This document shows positions 63,176 through 64,000 of a DNA stretch of 64,000 nucleotides, piece by piece. Made by a program: the position numbers and the translations under genes. The notes beneath the pieces are model-generated. The model was not told where the DNA came from. It made no database searches and was given only the letters and a program-made list of their open reading frames with translations. The stretch is from Zootoca vivipara (Eukaryota), in assembly GCF_963506605.1 (NCBI RefSeq), contig NC_083277.1:17608001-17672000 (forward strand), given 5' to 3'. Every line of letters starts with the position of its first letter. Position 1 is the stretch's first letter.

Positions 63176-63649
63176 CTACACTGCAACGGGCGCGGTGCTG
63201 GCCTTGAGGGCCACTTTGGTGCCTTTGGCGGCCTTGGTCAGGGGTTTGGGAGCAGCCTTAGCGCTGGCCGCGCTATGCAGAGCTTCGGTCTTCTTGGGCA
63301 GCAAGACGGCGTGGATGTTGGGCAAGACTCCGCCCTGCGCTATGGTCACTCCGCCCAGCAGTTTGTTCAACTCCTCGTCGTTGCGCACCGCCAGCTGCAA
63401 GTGGCGCGGGATGATGCGGCTCTTCTTGTTGTCCCTGGCTGCGTTGCCGGCCAGCTCTAGGATCTCTGCGCTGAGGTACTCGAGCACAGCGGCCAAATAA
63501 ACGGGAGCTCCGCCGCCGATGCGCTCGGCGTAGTTTCCCTTGCGCAGCAGCCGATGGACTCTGCCCACGGGAAACTGCAGGCCGGCCCTGGAAGAGCGGG
63601 ACTTGGCCTTGGCCCGCGCCTTGCCACCTGTCTTGCCGCGACCAGACAT
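63176..63649 (-). CDS. Histone H2A, long-tailed variant, copy 3 (157 aa)
   Basis: Same as copies 1 and 2; tail ..[27 protein letters not shown]; same promoter layout. Confidence 0.96.
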   Translation of the reverse strand: MSGRGKTGGKARAKAKSRSSRAGLQFPVGRVHRLLRKGNYAERIGGGAPVYLAAVLEYLSAEILELAGNAARDNKKSRIIPRHLQLAVRNDEELNKLLGGVTIAQGGVLPNIHAVLLPKKTEALHSAASAKAAPKPLTKAAKGTKVALKASTAPVAV

Positions 63650-64000
63650 CTTCAAAACCTCCTGACTTCTATCTCGACCAAAGAACGAAAGGAATGCAGG
63701 TGCTTGGAGTGCTTTGAGCCTTTTATACGTTTCTTGAGCTAGCTGCGATTGGTCGAAGACATACAGGCCAATAGAAAAAAGGATTCTATTTCTAAACCAA
63801 TGGGCGACGAGTGCGCGCGGGTGTGGTTCTGGGAGAGGGGAACGGAATATATTAATTGTAGAAGAAAGGACAAATATTGTCTCTCTCTGCTTTCTGTTCA
63901 CCCGACCCTTCCCGTACAGTTTTCTAATGGAAATACTGATGCTCGTGGGTTGTTGTGCCCCCCCCCCCATACGATGTTTTGTGAGAGCTGGGGATATTTT

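Overview
Eukaryotic genomic DNA from a squamate reptile, probably a lacertid lizard (Sauria SINE, BovB, CR1, L2, Penelope and hAT/Tc1 MITE content). From left to right it contains: (1) intronic/5' region and the single-exon CDS of MGAT1 (13679-15028, +); (2) two convergent intron-containing tRNA-Tyr(GTA) genes; (3) a tandem pair of spliced genes matching the two ORFs of a PIF/Harbinger DNA transposon, namely a Myb/SANT (trihelix) DNA-binding protein (33248-37892) and a HARBI1/ALP1-like DDE transposase (45451-48753), each with its own CpG-rich promoter region and each preceded in frame by a KRAB-B-like exon; (4) three near-identical copies of an unusual H2A with a ~28-residue longer Ala/Lys-rich tail, histone stem-loops and no H2B partner in the window. 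The best candidate for an undescribed system is the co-domesticated, KRAB-exon-captured Harbinger pair. The long-tailed H2A cluster is second. All exon models were assembled by eye from splice motifs and codon phase, and no database search was possible.
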